Origin: Nitrososphaeria archaeon
Lineage (GTDB): Archaea > Thermoproteota > Nitrososphaeria > JACIWG01
Assembly: GCA_049969935.1 (NCBI GenBank)
Contig: JBMFNX010000003.1
Location: 8,616 to 72,615 of the forward strand
Direction: 5' to 3'
Length of the DNA stretch: 64,000 nt
Of this stretch, positions 17,480 through 27,447 are shown in pieces. The notes under the pieces were generated by a model. It had not been told where the DNA came from. It saw nothing but the letters and a program-made list of their open reading frames with translations, and ran no database searches. Position numbers and translations under genes: made by a program. Every line of letters starts with the position of its first letter. Position 1 is the stretch's first letter.

Positions 17480-18193
17480 TTATTTAGACACTATGGAGTA
17501 CATTGGAACGTTTATGTCCAGTTCCTTCTTTAACCTTTCCATAGCCTGATTCACGTCTATAACAGTGAATATTCCAGAAACTGTTGCACCACTCTTGTTT
17601 ACAAGTGAAACAAGAGCCTTGATCGTGTTGCCTGTTCTTATTAGGTCGTCTACTACAAGAACCTTGTCACTCTTTTTTAAAGCATTTTTTGGAATATAAA
17701 GTGATTTTATTGTTGGAGGAGTTAAAGTGTATGTTGCTTCAATATACTTTTCGAAGCCTATCTGACGCTCTTTTCTTGCAATAATCACGTCAACAATAAA
17801 CTCGTTTCCAATTTGCAATGCTATCGGTATACCATTTGTTTCAACAGTGAGAACCTTTGTTACTTCAACATTTCTAAAATAGTTGAGAGCCTGTTTTGCT
17901 ATTACACGCTGTAAAACTGTATCATAAGTTAGGAAAGATACATCTATTACACCATTGTCCTTAACCTGTATCTCGTCCTGAAGCATTTTTCTGAAATATG
18001 ATACTTCAAACCATTCTATTATCTTTTGAGCGCGGTCTAAGCTTGGAAGAACATGCCCCTTAATGTACCTACTTATTACTGGCGCAGACATTTTAAGTTC
18101 ATTTGAAAGTTCCTTATATGTCATACTTTTTTTAACATGTGACATTATTTCTACAGCATATATTCTAATTTTTATTTCAGACAACTTATTCAT
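17480..18193 (-). CDS. HTH domain fused to a phosphoribosyltransferase domain (PurR/GfcR-like regulator)
   Basis: 237-aa ORF: N-terminal HTH (MTYKELSNELKMSAPVISRYIKG) and a C-terminal PRPP-binding loop VLVVDDLIRTGNT. Confidence 0.7.
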   Translation of the reverse strand: MNKLSEIKIRIYAVEIMSHVKKSMTYKELSNELKMSAPVISRYIKGHVLPSLDRAQKIIEWFEVSYFRKMLQDEIQVKDNGVIDVSFLTYDTVLQRVIAKQALNYFRNVEVTKVLTVETNGIPIALQIGNEFIVDVIIARKERQIGFEKYIEATYTLTPPTIKSLYIPKNALKKSDKVLVVDDLIRTGNTIKALVSLVNKSGATVSGIFTVIDVNQAMERLKKELDINVPMYSIVSK

Positions 18194-18245
18194 GTGTCAC
18201 AGAAGGGTATGTTCAATGATTTATTAATCCTTTTTATTAAAGTTT

Positions 18246-19085
18246 CTAAACAGTATTAAGTTCTAGGTGAACTGGTTGAATATACTCGACCAATTCAGAT
18301 GAAACAAAATATGAGCCCTTTCTTTCAAAAACAAGCTCACATATTCGGCCACCAACATAGGAGGCTAAAGCGCCTGCTTCAAATGATGTAAGCCCTTTCG
18401 TAATATAGGCTGCAAGAAGACCTGCTGTAACATTTAAGCTTCTATGCACAAAAGAATACTTTATTCTTGGATTATAAACTATAGTTGATTCACCATCACT
18501 GATTATATCATTTGAATCCTTTAAAAATACCGTTAAATTAACTTCCCTAGCCTTTGACTCAACAATTTTTTCCCTTTCTTTAAAGTTTTCAGGCAAAATT
18601 GTGTCAAATAGGTGTTGAAATTCTTTAGCAGTAACCAGTAAAATGTGCATTTTACTATCCAACATCCTAATTATATCATAATGTAATGCTTCATCTACAA
18701 GTATAAGTGGAATATTTTTTGTTTCTTTTATGAACACCTCTAAACCTTCCCTACAGCCCTTGCCTAAACCTGGACCTAATAGTATTGATTTAACTTTAGG
18801 CATCCACTTTATAAGCTTCCTAGCACATCCTTTAGTAAACTTCATGTCAGGCAATGGTAAAACTATCATGTCAGGAGACATAATCCTATAAACAGTTGAC
18901 AGAGTTTTTGGCGCAGCCAAATATACTCGTCCAACATTAGCTTTTAATGCTGAAATTGCAGCTAAATATGGTGGCCCATGCTGCAGCCAACTTCCTCCAA
19001 CAACAAGCGTGGAAGCATCTTCGATACCTTTACAAGAACCTATCTTGTTCACAAGAGATTCAATGAACTGCTTTTCCATTTCCAT
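18246..19085 (-). CDS. NAD(P)H-hydrate dehydratase (YjeF C-terminal / carbohydrate kinase family)
   Basis: 279-aa ORF with the LGPGLG motif and overall YjeF_C-like layout. Confidence 0.65.
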   Translation of the reverse strand: MEMEKQFIESLVNKIGSCKGIEDASTLVVGGSWLQHGPPYLAAISALKANVGRVYLAAPKTLSTVYRIMSPDMIVLPLPDMKFTKGCARKLIKWMPKVKSILLGPGLGKGCREGLEVFIKETKNIPLILVDEALHYDIIRMLDSKMHILLVTAKEFQHLFDTILPENFKEREKIVESKAREVNLTVFLKDSNDIISDGESTIVYNPRIKYSFVHRSLNVTAGLLAAYITKGLTSFEAGALASYVGGRICELVFERKGSYFVSSELVEYIQPVHLELNTV

Positions 19086-19111
19086 GACTTTCTTTAAAAA
19101 AGGAGCTTGTT

Positions 19112-19534
19112 TTAAAAGCTTTTTGCAGCAGCTTTAGGCTTGCTTACTATAACTTTAGATAGAGCAGCATTTGGGCACAAGAGTATACATAGGAAGCTTT
19201 GGCTGCAAGTGTCACATACTATAATTTCCCTTTTAATAGAGTCAAAATGTAGGCCACTAAATTCACATGCGAGAACACATTTCATGCATCTAATGCACAA
19301 GTTTGAGGATATTATTGGAGAACCACTATATTCGTCTATAAAAATTGCACTATGATCACATACCTTAACACAACTTCGCTTTTCACATTGAACACAGACC
19401 ATTGCTTCAAAATTTCCTAGTTCACCAACAATTTTAATTTTAGGAGGAAAACTGTTATGGGCCATCGAGCATACACGTTCACAAACTTTGCAGCCATCAC
19501 AAAGTTCCCTAGAAAAGTGTATTTTGTAGCCCAC
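19112..19534 (-). CDS. 4Fe-4S ferredoxin-domain protein
   Basis: 140-aa ORF with several Cys clusters: CDGCKVCERVC, CVQCEKRSCVKVC, CIRCMKCVLAC, CDTC...CP. Confidence 0.8.
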   Translation of the reverse strand: MGYKIHFSRELCDGCKVCERVCSMAHNSFPPKIKIVGELGNFEAMVCVQCEKRSCVKVCDHSAIFIDEYSGSPIISSNLCIRCMKCVLACEFSGLHFDSIKREIIVCDTCSQSFLCILLCPNAALSKVIVSKPKAAAKSF

Positions 19535-19588
19535 ATGATCTTATTATAAAAAATTATTTAAGCTCCAACAAAAATTATATTTTACTAA

Positions 19589-21286
19589 ATGGAAAGAAGA
19601 TTTATGATGTCAGAAGCACAAGATAACAGCTTCCTAGCCTTCTCGCAAACATGTGAAAAAATTAAGAATACTATGAGCAAAAATATGAAGATAGAAATAG
19701 TTTCAGAATATTTGAGAAGATTAGATGATGAAAACCTTAAAGTAGCATGTGACCTATTTTCTGGACAAATTTTTCCTCCATGGGAGGGTATAGAAGTGAA
19801 TGTTGGATATTCCACCCTACTAGACATTTTGAGGGAAGTAAGTGGATTAAACGATAAGACTTTGGCTGAAATTATAATTAAGCATGGAGATTTGGGTGAT
19901 GCTGCCGAAGAAATTTTGGCAAGAAGAGCTATTAGACCATTATTAGAAGAAAAATATGATTTGGTCCAAGTTTATGCTAAACTTAAGAAGGTGGCTGAAG
20001 CGAGTGGAAAAGGTTCACTGTATGAGAAAAAGAAGATTTTGACGGGCTTATATTTGAACATGACACCTTTAGAGACAAAATATCTTACAAAGGTTTTAAC
20101 AGGTGAAATGAGAATTGGATTGGTCAGCGGACTTATAATTGAAAGTATTGCTGAAGCATTTAATAGAAGGTTTGATGAGGTTAATGAAGCATTTCTATTG
20201 ATAAACAATGTTGGAGAGACAGCAATTTTAGCCAAATATGGTAAGTTGTCTGAGGCAAAGCTTGTACTCTTGCGTCCAACAAACTTTATGCTTGCAGAAT
20301 CCATGCAAAGTGCGGAAGAAATTGTAGATTATTTTAGAAAAGAACTTGTTTGCGAATTTAAGCTTGATGGTGTAAGAGTACAATGTCACAAAAAAGATGG
20401 TATAGTAAAAATATTTTCTAGGAAGGGTAACGAGGTTAGCACACAATTTCCTGAAATTGTCGAAGATTTGCTTAAGATAGGCCATGATTTCATTTTTGAT
20501 GGAGAAGTTTTAGCGTTCAAGAATGGAAGACCACTCCCTTTCCCAAAATTGCAGACAAGACTTCAAAGAAAATATGTTGACGAAAAAATTGTTAACGAAG
20601 TTCCTTTAATGCTTTTCGTATACGACATCCTATTTTTTGACGGTGAACCATTATATAAAATGCCTTTAATTGAAAGGAAAAAAGTTATTGAAAAAATTGA
20701 ATTCACTGGAAGAATAAAATGCCTAGAGTACAGTCTTGTCTCAAAGAAGGAGGAGATTGAAAGAAAATTTTTTGAAAGTCTTGAACTCGGATACGAGGGT
20801 CTCATGCTAAAGGATCCGTCAGCAATATACACTGTAGGAAAACGTGGCAAAAACTGGATAAAATTGAAGAAGGAGCTTGACACGTTGGATGTAGTTATTG
20901 TGGCAGCAGAAAGGGGACATGGTAAGAGGGCTGAAATATTTTCGGACTATGTTTTTTCTGTTTGGGATAATGGCATATTAAAGACAATTGGGAAAGCGTA
21001 TTCTGGATTAACTGACAAAGAACTTTTAGAAATGAATGAAAGGTTAAAGAATTTGGCAATAAGAGATGAGGGGTGGAGGATTATAGTTAGGCCGGAGATT
21101 GTTATAGAAGTCGCCTTCAACGGCATACAAAAATCGGAAAGGCATGAAAGTGGTTTTGCTCTAAGGTTTCCCAGAATAAAGAGGATAAGAGATGATAAAA
21201 GTATTGATGAAGCAGATACAGTTGAGAAGGTTAAAGCTATTTATGAGAGACAAAAAACTTTGGAGGGCGAAAGACTAAATAGATGA
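19589..21286 (+). CDS. lig: ATP-dependent DNA ligase
   Basis: 565-aa ORF with the adenylation motif EFKLDGVRV (KxDG), plus EGLMLKD and NWIKLKK motifs. Confidence 0.9.
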   Translation: MERRFMMSEAQDNSFLAFSQTCEKIKNTMSKNMKIEIVSEYLRRLDDENLKVACDLFSGQIFPPWEGIEVNVGYSTLLDILREVSGLNDKTLAEIIIKHGDLGDAAEEILARRAIRPLLEEKYDLVQVYAKLKKVAEASGKGSLYEKKKILTGLYLNMTPLETKYLTKVLTGEMRIGLVSGLIIESIAEAFNRRFDEVNEAFLLINNVGETAILAKYGKLSEAKLVLLRPTNFMLAESMQSAEEIVDYFRKELVCEFKLDGVRVQCHKKDGIVKIFSRKGNEVSTQFPEIVEDLLKIGHDFIFDGEVLAFKNGRPLPFPKLQTRLQRKYVDEKIVNEVPLMLFVYDILFFDGEPLYKMPLIERKKVIEKIEFTGRIKCLEYSLVSKKEEIERKFFESLELGYEGLMLKDPSAIYTVGKRGKNWIKLKKELDTLDVVIVAAERGHGKRAEIFSDYVFSVWDNGILKTIGKAYSGLTDKELLEMNERLKNLAIRDEGWRIIVRPEIVIEVAFNGIQKSERHESGFALRFPRIKRIRDDKSIDEADTVEKVKAIYERQKTLEGERLNR

Positions 21287-21306
21287 AATTTACATAGTTT
21301 TGGCTA

Positions 21307-21921
21307 ATGAATGTCGTTTCCATACTTGTATCATTAAGTTTTATTGCAGGGGCAGTTCAAGATTTTAGAAAAAATGAAGTAAGTGATTATACTTGGATTC
21401 CAGCAATATTGGGGACGATATTAATGGTTTACCAGAACCTGGAAAACACTATGCTACTATTAACAAGATTAACTATTATTGCCTCAATACTTGTAATATG
21501 CTATGTGATTGGTGGAGGCTTGGCTGACTTAATCGGATTTGCTTTTATGGTTGTAGACGATGACAGGTTAGCTCCAATAGGAAGTATGCTACTTTTCCTC
21601 TTCATAACCTTACCTTATGCCATCTGGGTTTTGATTAGAAAGGATAGGAAGCTTATGATACCATTAAAAGATTTTATGGGTAGAAGAAATGTTTATCCAA
21701 GAAGAGTTTATTTTGATGGAAAAGTGGAAGAACTTTCTAGAATTGCAGACGAAGCCTATAGAAGACTAGAAAACCTATTAAAGGAGGGAAAAGAGGCTAC
21801 TGTAGAAGCTGAAACTGGTTTGCCTTCAATAGTTCCAATGTGCATAGGCTATGTTATTAACATGATATTATATTCACTTTTAGGCAAACCATGGATTCTC
21901 ATATTACTAAACTTATTATAA
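21307..21921 (+). CDS. A24-family (prepilin/preflagellin) aspartic peptidase-like membrane protein
   Basis: 204-aa polytopic ORF. The first Asp context is AVQDFRKNEVSD and the second Asp lies in GGGLADLIGF (GxGD-like). Confidence 0.55.
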   Translation: MNVVSILVSLSFIAGAVQDFRKNEVSDYTWIPAILGTILMVYQNLENTMLLLTRLTIIASILVICYVIGGGLADLIGFAFMVVDDDRLAPIGSMLLFLFITLPYAIWVLIRKDRKLMIPLKDFMGRRNVYPRRVYFDGKVEELSRIADEAYRRLENLLKEGKEATVEAETGLPSIVPMCIGYVINMILYSLLGKPWILILLNLL

Positions 21922-22165
21922 AATTGGTTCATTGACATTTATATAACTTAAGATATTCTCGCACATGAACCCTTCAAAGCCTGAGAGCAAATATGTTTAA
22001 GCATTCGCACCCTCATCTTTTTGAGCCCTCTGCAAGGACTGCACTATAAGCCCGTTAACAACTTCACTAAGTGGAGAAACCCTATATTTTTCCTATGCAC
22101 TGGAACCTTCACTCCAATATGATCTAGAACCATACTCCAGCCTTTGAACATCTAGACCAATCTAT

Positions 22166-22480
22166 TTGACACTCTCCTCGACTAAAGTCGGAGATTCTCA
22201 GTTCTTTAGCCTCTACGGCTTCATCATACTGAGTTCTGGGCTGTGTCAAAGCAGCCCTTGGATAGAGCGTATAGCCCCATCCCGCTTGCTAGAGCATCCT
22301 CACCCAATTCAGTCCGGAGCCTTATTCCAGCATTTGGACATCCAGACTACATCGAGCAACACGCCCAAAACTTTATCGTTAAACGCATACTTAAACACTT
22401 CGACAATTCATCCCAGAGCTAAAGCTCTAGGCTTTCTTGTCGGGCTTCCTGTAAAAGAGATGTCTTTAAAACAGAGAATT
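22166..22480 (-). pseudogene. second, more decayed IS200/IS605 TnpB 3' remnant
   Basis: Minus-strand fragments in shifted frames: ...IVEVFKYAFNDKVLGVLLDVVWMSKC..., GCPNAG..., ...SKRDGAIRSIQGL.... These resemble the YKAE/zinc-finger/RD-NAA-NI portion of TnpB. The remnant is collinear with remnant A through two conserved blocks. Confidence 0.55.
22171..22191 (-). repeat. conserved terminal block and hairpin of TnpB remnant B
   Basis: ACTCTCCTCGACTAAAGTCGG matches 4322-4342 at 19 of 21 positions. The palindrome CGACT..AGTCG is retained with a changed loop base. Confidence 0.75.
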
Positions 22481-22483
22481 CTA

Positions 22484-23158
22484 TTATTTGCTTTCTCTTG
22501 CCTCCTTTATCCACACTATACAGTTTTCCACAATCCTTTTAATTTCATCAAACTTTCCTTCTTTTACTAAATCTTTTCTTATTAAGTTTGAGCCAATATT
22601 TAATGCTGCTGCACCTGCTTTAATCCATTTTGTAATACTTTCTTTTGTCGGTTCAACTCCCCCAGAAGGCATTAACTTTGACCAAGGCATTGGACCTAGA
22701 ACATCTTTTATGAACTGTGAACCTACTACGTCAGCTGGAAAAACTTTTATGATTTCAGCACCCATTTCTTCAGCTAACGTGATTTCTGTTGGTGTGCAGC
22801 ATCCTGGAATATATAGGACCTTGTACTTATTACATATCCTTGCTACCCCCTTATTGAACGTGGGGCTTACTATAAAATCTGCTCCACAGTTTATGTACAA
22901 TGATGCTATAGCTGGTTCAATTACTGTTCCAGCACCTAAGACTATTTCTGGAAGTTCTTTATTTCTCCATTTTATGAGTTCACTAAACTTTTGATATGCT
23001 TGGGTTCCACGGTTTGTGAACTCTACAACCTTTGCACCACCTTCTGCACAAGCCACAATTACCTTTTTAGCCGCTTCAACATCATCTTCAAAGAATGTTG
23101 GTATAAGTCCTATATCCAATATTCTGGCTACTACCTCATGCCTTAGAAACTTTACCAT
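22484..23158 (-). CDS. eda: KDPG/KHG aldolase family protein
   Basis: 224-aa ORF with an Eda-like N-terminus (IGLIPTFFEDDVEAAKKVIVACAEGGAKVVEFTNRG) and later VKVFPA. Confidence 0.65.
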   Translation of the reverse strand: MVKFLRHEVVARILDIGLIPTFFEDDVEAAKKVIVACAEGGAKVVEFTNRGTQAYQKFSELIKWRNKELPEIVLGAGTVIEPAIASLYINCGADFIVSPTFNKGVARICNKYKVLYIPGCCTPTEITLAEEMGAEIIKVFPADVVGSQFIKDVLGPMPWSKLMPSGGVEPTKESITKWIKAGAAALNIGSNLIRKDLVKEGKFDEIKRIVENCIVWIKEARESK

Positions 23159-23276
23159 ATTACATCCAATAACATAATTGCTGATTACTATAATAACCTT
23201 TTTGAGTTAATTAAAGCGAACATAATATTTGGATATTAAAAATGTTTTTTAAACAGTTTATCAAAACTATATTATA

Positions 23277-24083
23277 ATGGTTTCTGATGGTATAGAAAGG
23301 CTTTCAACTGGAATAAAGGAATTAGATGAACTTTTAGATGGAGGAATTCCTAAAGGCTTTTTTGTAGCATTAACTGGAGAACCTGGTACAGGAAAGACTG
23401 TACTTTGCATTACATACATTAATGAGGGGATAAAGGAAGGGGACAAATGTGTGTATGTTACAACTGAAGAGAGTAAGAAGTCTATTATTACTCAGGCTAA
23501 AATGTTTGATATGGACTTTGAGAAGGCAGTAAATGAAAAGAAACTTATTTTGGTCGACGCTTTGATGGGAGACGATGACCCATGGAGCTTGAAAAGTTTA
23601 GAAATTGATGAACTTATAGGAAAAATTGTTGATGCTAAAAAGAGCTTAGGTTATGGTAGGGCTAGGCTTGTTATAGATTCTCTTTCAGCCTTTTGGCTGG
23701 ATAAACCTGCAATGGCGAGAAGACACTCTTATCTTGTAAAGAAGGTGCTTTCAAAATGGGATTTCACAATCTTTGCAACATCACAGTATGCTATTACCAC
23801 ATCGTACGCTTTTGGCTGGGGTGTAGAACATATTGCTGACGGTATTATAAGATTTCGTAGAATTATTCGAGGGGGACGGTTGAAGAGATATATTTTGATA
23901 GAGAAGATGAGGCAAACAAATCATAGTCTATCATTGCATGAGATAGAAATTAGGCCTGGAGTAGGTTTAACGATCGTGGGTGCAAGTGAAATGAGAGTTG
24001 AAGATATTAGGTTGCCTAAGAGTGTTGTGGATAAGATTATTAAGGCTAGACGGGAGGAAGCACAGTACGAGAATGCTGAATAG
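23277..24083 (+). CDS. KaiC-like single-domain RecA-superfamily ATPase
   Basis: 268-aa ORF: STGIKELDELLDGGIPKG, then Walker A GEPGTGKT, and Walker B-like RLVIDSLS. Confidence 0.8.
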   Translation: MVSDGIERLSTGIKELDELLDGGIPKGFFVALTGEPGTGKTVLCITYINEGIKEGDKCVYVTTEESKKSIITQAKMFDMDFEKAVNEKKLILVDALMGDDDPWSLKSLEIDELIGKIVDAKKSLGYGRARLVIDSLSAFWLDKPAMARRHSYLVKKVLSKWDFTIFATSQYAITTSYAFGWGVEHIADGIIRFRRIIRGGRLKRYILIEKMRQTNHSLSLHEIEIRPGVGLTIVGASEMRVEDIRLPKSVVDKIIKARREEAQYENAE

Positions 24084-24942
24084 GGAAATTTTAGTAGAAC
24101 ACTATTCTAAAGAAGATGTTTTAAGAGAAATTGTGAAATACTGTCGTGGCCGATGGTGTGCATTTTTAATTGAAGACATAGAAGGCTCTAAAATCATGAG
24201 ATATGATAGGAGAGATTTTAGGCCTATAGTTTTAGATAATGTTGAAAAGTTCAGGTCTTATCTTAAAATTTTACCTATAAGGACTGTTTATGGTACAGTA
24301 CACTTTTATAAGAAGATTGAAAGATTTGATGATGTAAAGGATTTGACAAACATTCTCGCGTCTGAGCCAGTATGGGATATAGACAATAGTATGATGGAAT
24401 GGAGGAAGACTCTTCAGGCCGCTGAAATCATATACGATTTTTTAGAAGGCAAAGGTGTGGGAAGGTCAGTTTATATTAAATGGTCTGGTGAAGGAATACA
24501 TGTACATTTGAACAGTAACTCTATTTCAGAGGAAGTCTATAGTAAGATTCATCCTCTTGATGCAGCTTATTCTGTTGTCGAATATGTTAAAGAGAAGGTG
24601 GATGAAAAAATTCATGAATTAAATTGTAAAAGTTTAAGGGTTGAGAATAAAATTGATCCCCAGAGACTATTTACGGCACCACTAACATTTCATAAGAGTT
24701 TAAATGTTGTCACAGTATGCATTAGCCCAGAACAGTTGGATGGTTTCTCAATAGATTATGTTGATCCTAAAAAGTATGTGCACTACTATGGCTGGGATAG
24801 ATTTGTGGATGGTGAGGCAGACCAACTTGTTTTTGAAGCATATGAGGCTATAGGCCCATATCCAAAAGAATATGTTGCAGGAAAGAGGAAGAGAAGAAGG
24901 CTTGATGAGGAAATCAGGAGATGGCAAAATTATATGATATAA
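24073..24942 (+). CDS. archaeo-eukaryotic primase small-subunit-like protein (PriS-like, short and divergent)
   Basis: AEP motifs in order: VWDIDNS (DxD), WSGEGIHVHL (SGxGxH) and IDPQRLFTAPLTFHKS (motif III region). I place the start at ATG 24073 (MLNREILVEHY), which overlaps the KaiC-like stop by 11 nt. The track ORF begins at 23998. Confidence 0.65.
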   Translation: MLNREILVEHYSKEDVLREIVKYCRGRWCAFLIEDIEGSKIMRYDRRDFRPIVLDNVEKFRSYLKILPIRTVYGTVHFYKKIERFDDVKDLTNILASEPVWDIDNSMMEWRKTLQAAEIIYDFLEGKGVGRSVYIKWSGEGIHVHLNSNSISEEVYSKIHPLDAAYSVVEYVKEKVDEKIHELNCKSLRVENKIDPQRLFTAPLTFHKSLNVVTVCISPEQLDGFSIDYVDPKKYVHYYGWDRFVDGEADQLVFEAYEAIGPYPKEYVAGKRKRRRLDEEIRRWQNYMI

Positions 24943-24946
24943 GAGC

Positions 24947-26005
24947 CTATATTTCTAGTGAAAAGAACCTTGAATAGTGTAATGCTTTTTTATTCAAGCT
25001 TCCAACAATTTCTATCTTATAACCGCAGAATTTGCATCTATTATCTTCGACAAGATTCCATTCATTTACGTCAAAACCGTATCTGCCAACAACCCTCTTA
25101 CCGCATGAAGGACAGTATGTGCTTTCGTATGGGTGTCCTGGAACATTGCCTAAATAGACGTACTTTAAGCCCAAATCTTTGGCAACCTTATAGTGCGCTT
25201 CTAATGTTGCTATAGGAGTAGAAGGTAAATTTAGCATCTTATAGTCTGGATGAAATCTTAAAAAATGTATTGGAATGTTTTCACCTAGATTATCTAATAT
25301 CCATTTGCAAAGCCTTCTCGCATCATCTAAACTGTCGCCTACCCTTGGAACAATTAAGTCAGTAATTTCTATATGAATATTGTTCCTTTTTAATTCTAAA
25401 AGTGTTTGAAATATTGGTTCAGGGTCAACCACCATAGCAAATTTTTGTAAAAACCTTTTTTCACCGTTTCCTTTAAAGTCTACAGTTATAGCGTCTAGAA
25501 AATCACGCATAAGCTTGACACTTTCCGGTGAAGCGTAGCCATTGCTTACAAACACGTTAAAGAGACCCTTTCTTTTAGCAATAACTCCTGTATCATGAGC
25601 ATATTCTACAAATATTGTTGGCTCATTATAAGTGTATGCTATACCATCAGCATCATATTCTATAGCCAAATTCACTAACTTTTCAGGCATAAGGTTAACG
25701 CCATCAACCATTCTCCTCTGGCTTATGTCATAATTTTGACAATATTGGCAAGCCCAATCACATCCAACAGTGCCAATACTTAGAACCTGTGATCCTGGCA
25801 TATAGTGTGAAAAAGGCTTCTTTTCTATTGGATCCATGTGCACTGCTATCGGTTTGCCGTAAACTAGGAGCATAAGTTTTCCTCCAACATTCTTTCTAAC
25901 ACCACAGAATCCAACCTGCCCTTCTGAAAGCTTACAGTATCTTGGGCATGCGAGACACTGTATTCTAGCTTCATCAATCTTTTTGTATAGTATCGCCTCC
26001 TTCAA
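24947..26005 (-). CDS. AmmeMemoRadiSam-system-type radical SAM enzyme (PflA-like activase fold)
   Basis: 352-aa ORF with an N-terminal Cys cluster [21 protein letters not shown], then [11 protein letters not shown] and the radical SAM motif [10 protein letters not shown]. Confidence 0.75.
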   Translation of the reverse strand: MKEAILYKKIDEARIQCLACPRYCKLSEGQVGFCGVRKNVGGKLMLLVYGKPIAVHMDPIEKKPFSHYMPGSQVLSIGTVGCDWACQYCQNYDISQRRMVDGVNLMPEKLVNLAIEYDADGIAYTYNEPTIFVEYAHDTGVIAKRKGLFNVFVSNGYASPESVKLMRDFLDAITVDFKGNGEKRFLQKFAMVVDPEPIFQTLLELKRNNIHIEITDLIVPRVGDSLDDARRLCKWILDNLGENIPIHFLRFHPDYKMLNLPSTPIATLEAHYKVAKDLGLKYVYLGNVPGHPYESTYCPSCGKRVVGRYGFDVNEWNLVEDNRCKFCGYKIEIVGSLNKKALHYSRFFSLEI

Positions 26006-26079
26006 ACACTATCACAATAATTATTTTTGATAAGGTTAAACTAATACTTTTCTATTTTATATTGAAAGGTTAACACTTT

Positions 26080-27390
26080 TTAACCTATACTTTTTATGGT
26101 GGTGAAGATTTCCAGCAGGTTATCATGTAATAGCATTCTTGCAATATTCTTAGCTTCATCAAAACCGAACCTTCCACGGTCAACCTTATCCTGCAAAACT
26201 TCAAATATGTTCTTTCTAGCAATCTTTGAATGGCCATAGATTCCTTCAACATGCTTATAGTCTCCGCCAAAACCTATAATTTTGTTGACGGGAACCATAT
26301 CCAAAAGTTCTTCTAAAGCAGATTTTGCTGATGAAGAGGATACTGCATGAAGCCAGCATAGGTCAACGTAAACGTTGGGAAAATTTTTTGCTAGAACAGC
26401 AAGCTCGCGAACATATGGATATGATCCATGGAACACATCAAATTTTACATCATAGTATTCCATGAAAAGGTTTGCAAGGTTTAGTGGATTAGAGTTGCTT
26501 ACAAGGTTAAGGTTACCTTCCTGTAAGCCGGTATGGACTTGCACAGGCAACTTATGTCTACAGGCAAGTCCAAGAATTCTATGGACCATATAATTCTGTA
26601 AAGGTCGACATTCTTCTACAGAAAGTTCGTCAGACATTGTCAGCCTTACCCCATCTGGACTTGTATATCTTATGAAGGTTTTTTCTGAACCCAAAATCTT
26701 ATTTAAAACCTTTTCAGCCTCATAGAATGCTGCCTTTTCAAAGTGAATGTCTCTTCTGTATGCTAAAGCAATCTTAAATCCAACAATCTTATCCAATATT
26801 GACTGAACTTTAATTTCCAAAGCCTTTTCAAGATCTCTTAATGAGTGAATCGGAATTTTAACGGATTCGCTTAACCTTCTAACATCTTCCCTACTTCTTA
26901 TTAGGATAAAGTCTTCAAGCCTAACAACTGGCAGAAAAAAGTTTCTATCAACTTCAACAACATCATTTATGCCATCATATATTGATACCTTGATTTTAGC
27001 CAGGTCCTTCAATATCCATTTATATAACCCCTTCTTGTTCATAGAATTCATTTTTAGAGAAAGGTCTTCAACTGTATTCTCGTTTAATTCACTTATGCCA
27101 TAAATGTCTTGTACAGCCAACTTGATGACATCAAAGTAGGATGTGTTTTTTGCCTTAACCCAATACGGTTCTATAATCTTCCAACGTTCTTTTAAAGGCA
27201 CCCTTGTATCTAGAGCACGCACATAATCTTCTACAGTAAGTCCAGCAGATATAAGGTCAGAGGAAGCATACTGTGATAGAAATATCTGCAGTGGATCAGC
27301 TTTTGAAGAAACACGCTCATCTTCTTGAACAGTATGCTCATGTGAGTCAACTATCCACAAATTTTCTACGAAGGTTTCAAGCGATGACAT
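26080..27390 (-). CDS. amidohydrolase-fold metal-dependent hydrolase
   Basis: 436-aa ORF with the N-terminal metal-ligand motif IVDSHEHT and later VQVHTG and DVFHGSYPY. Confidence 0.6.
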   Translation of the reverse strand: MSSLETFVENLWIVDSHEHTVQEDERVSSKADPLQIFLSQYASSDLISAGLTVEDYVRALDTRVPLKERWKIIEPYWVKAKNTSYFDVIKLAVQDIYGISELNENTVEDLSLKMNSMNKKGLYKWILKDLAKIKVSIYDGINDVVEVDRNFFLPVVRLEDFILIRSREDVRRLSESVKIPIHSLRDLEKALEIKVQSILDKIVGFKIALAYRRDIHFEKAAFYEAEKVLNKILGSEKTFIRYTSPDGVRLTMSDELSVEECRPLQNYMVHRILGLACRHKLPVQVHTGLQEGNLNLVSNSNPLNLANLFMEYYDVKFDVFHGSYPYVRELAVLAKNFPNVYVDLCWLHAVSSSSAKSALEELLDMVPVNKIIGFGGDYKHVEGIYGHSKIARKNIFEVLQDKVDRGRFGFDEAKNIARMLLHDNLLEIFTTIKSIG

Positions 27391-27447
27391 GGTCTTAACA
27401 TTAGGCTTACTGAAATAAAAGATTTTATTTTTGTAGACAGGATAATT

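Noticed and set aside
22166-22994. Plus-strand track ORFs 22166..22570 (134 aa) and 22488..22994 (168 aa).
   Set aside because: The first runs antisense through TnpB remnant B and into the eda 3' end. The second is antisense to the well-supported KDPG-aldolase-like gene. Both have composition typical of antisense frames.
23998-24072. N-terminal extension of the PriS-like ORF (MKILGCLRVLWIRLLRLDGRKHSTR), as given in the ORF track.
   Set aside because: It lies entirely inside the KaiC-like coding sequence in another frame and is basic and low complexity. ATG 24073 gives a sensible N-terminus and a typical coupled overlap.
24947-26005. Possible complete AmmeMemoRadiSam system.
   Set aside because: Only the radical SAM component is present. 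I see no AMMECR1-like or Memo-like genes in the flanking ORFs (primase-like and amidohydrolase), so there is no system-level claim to make from this window.
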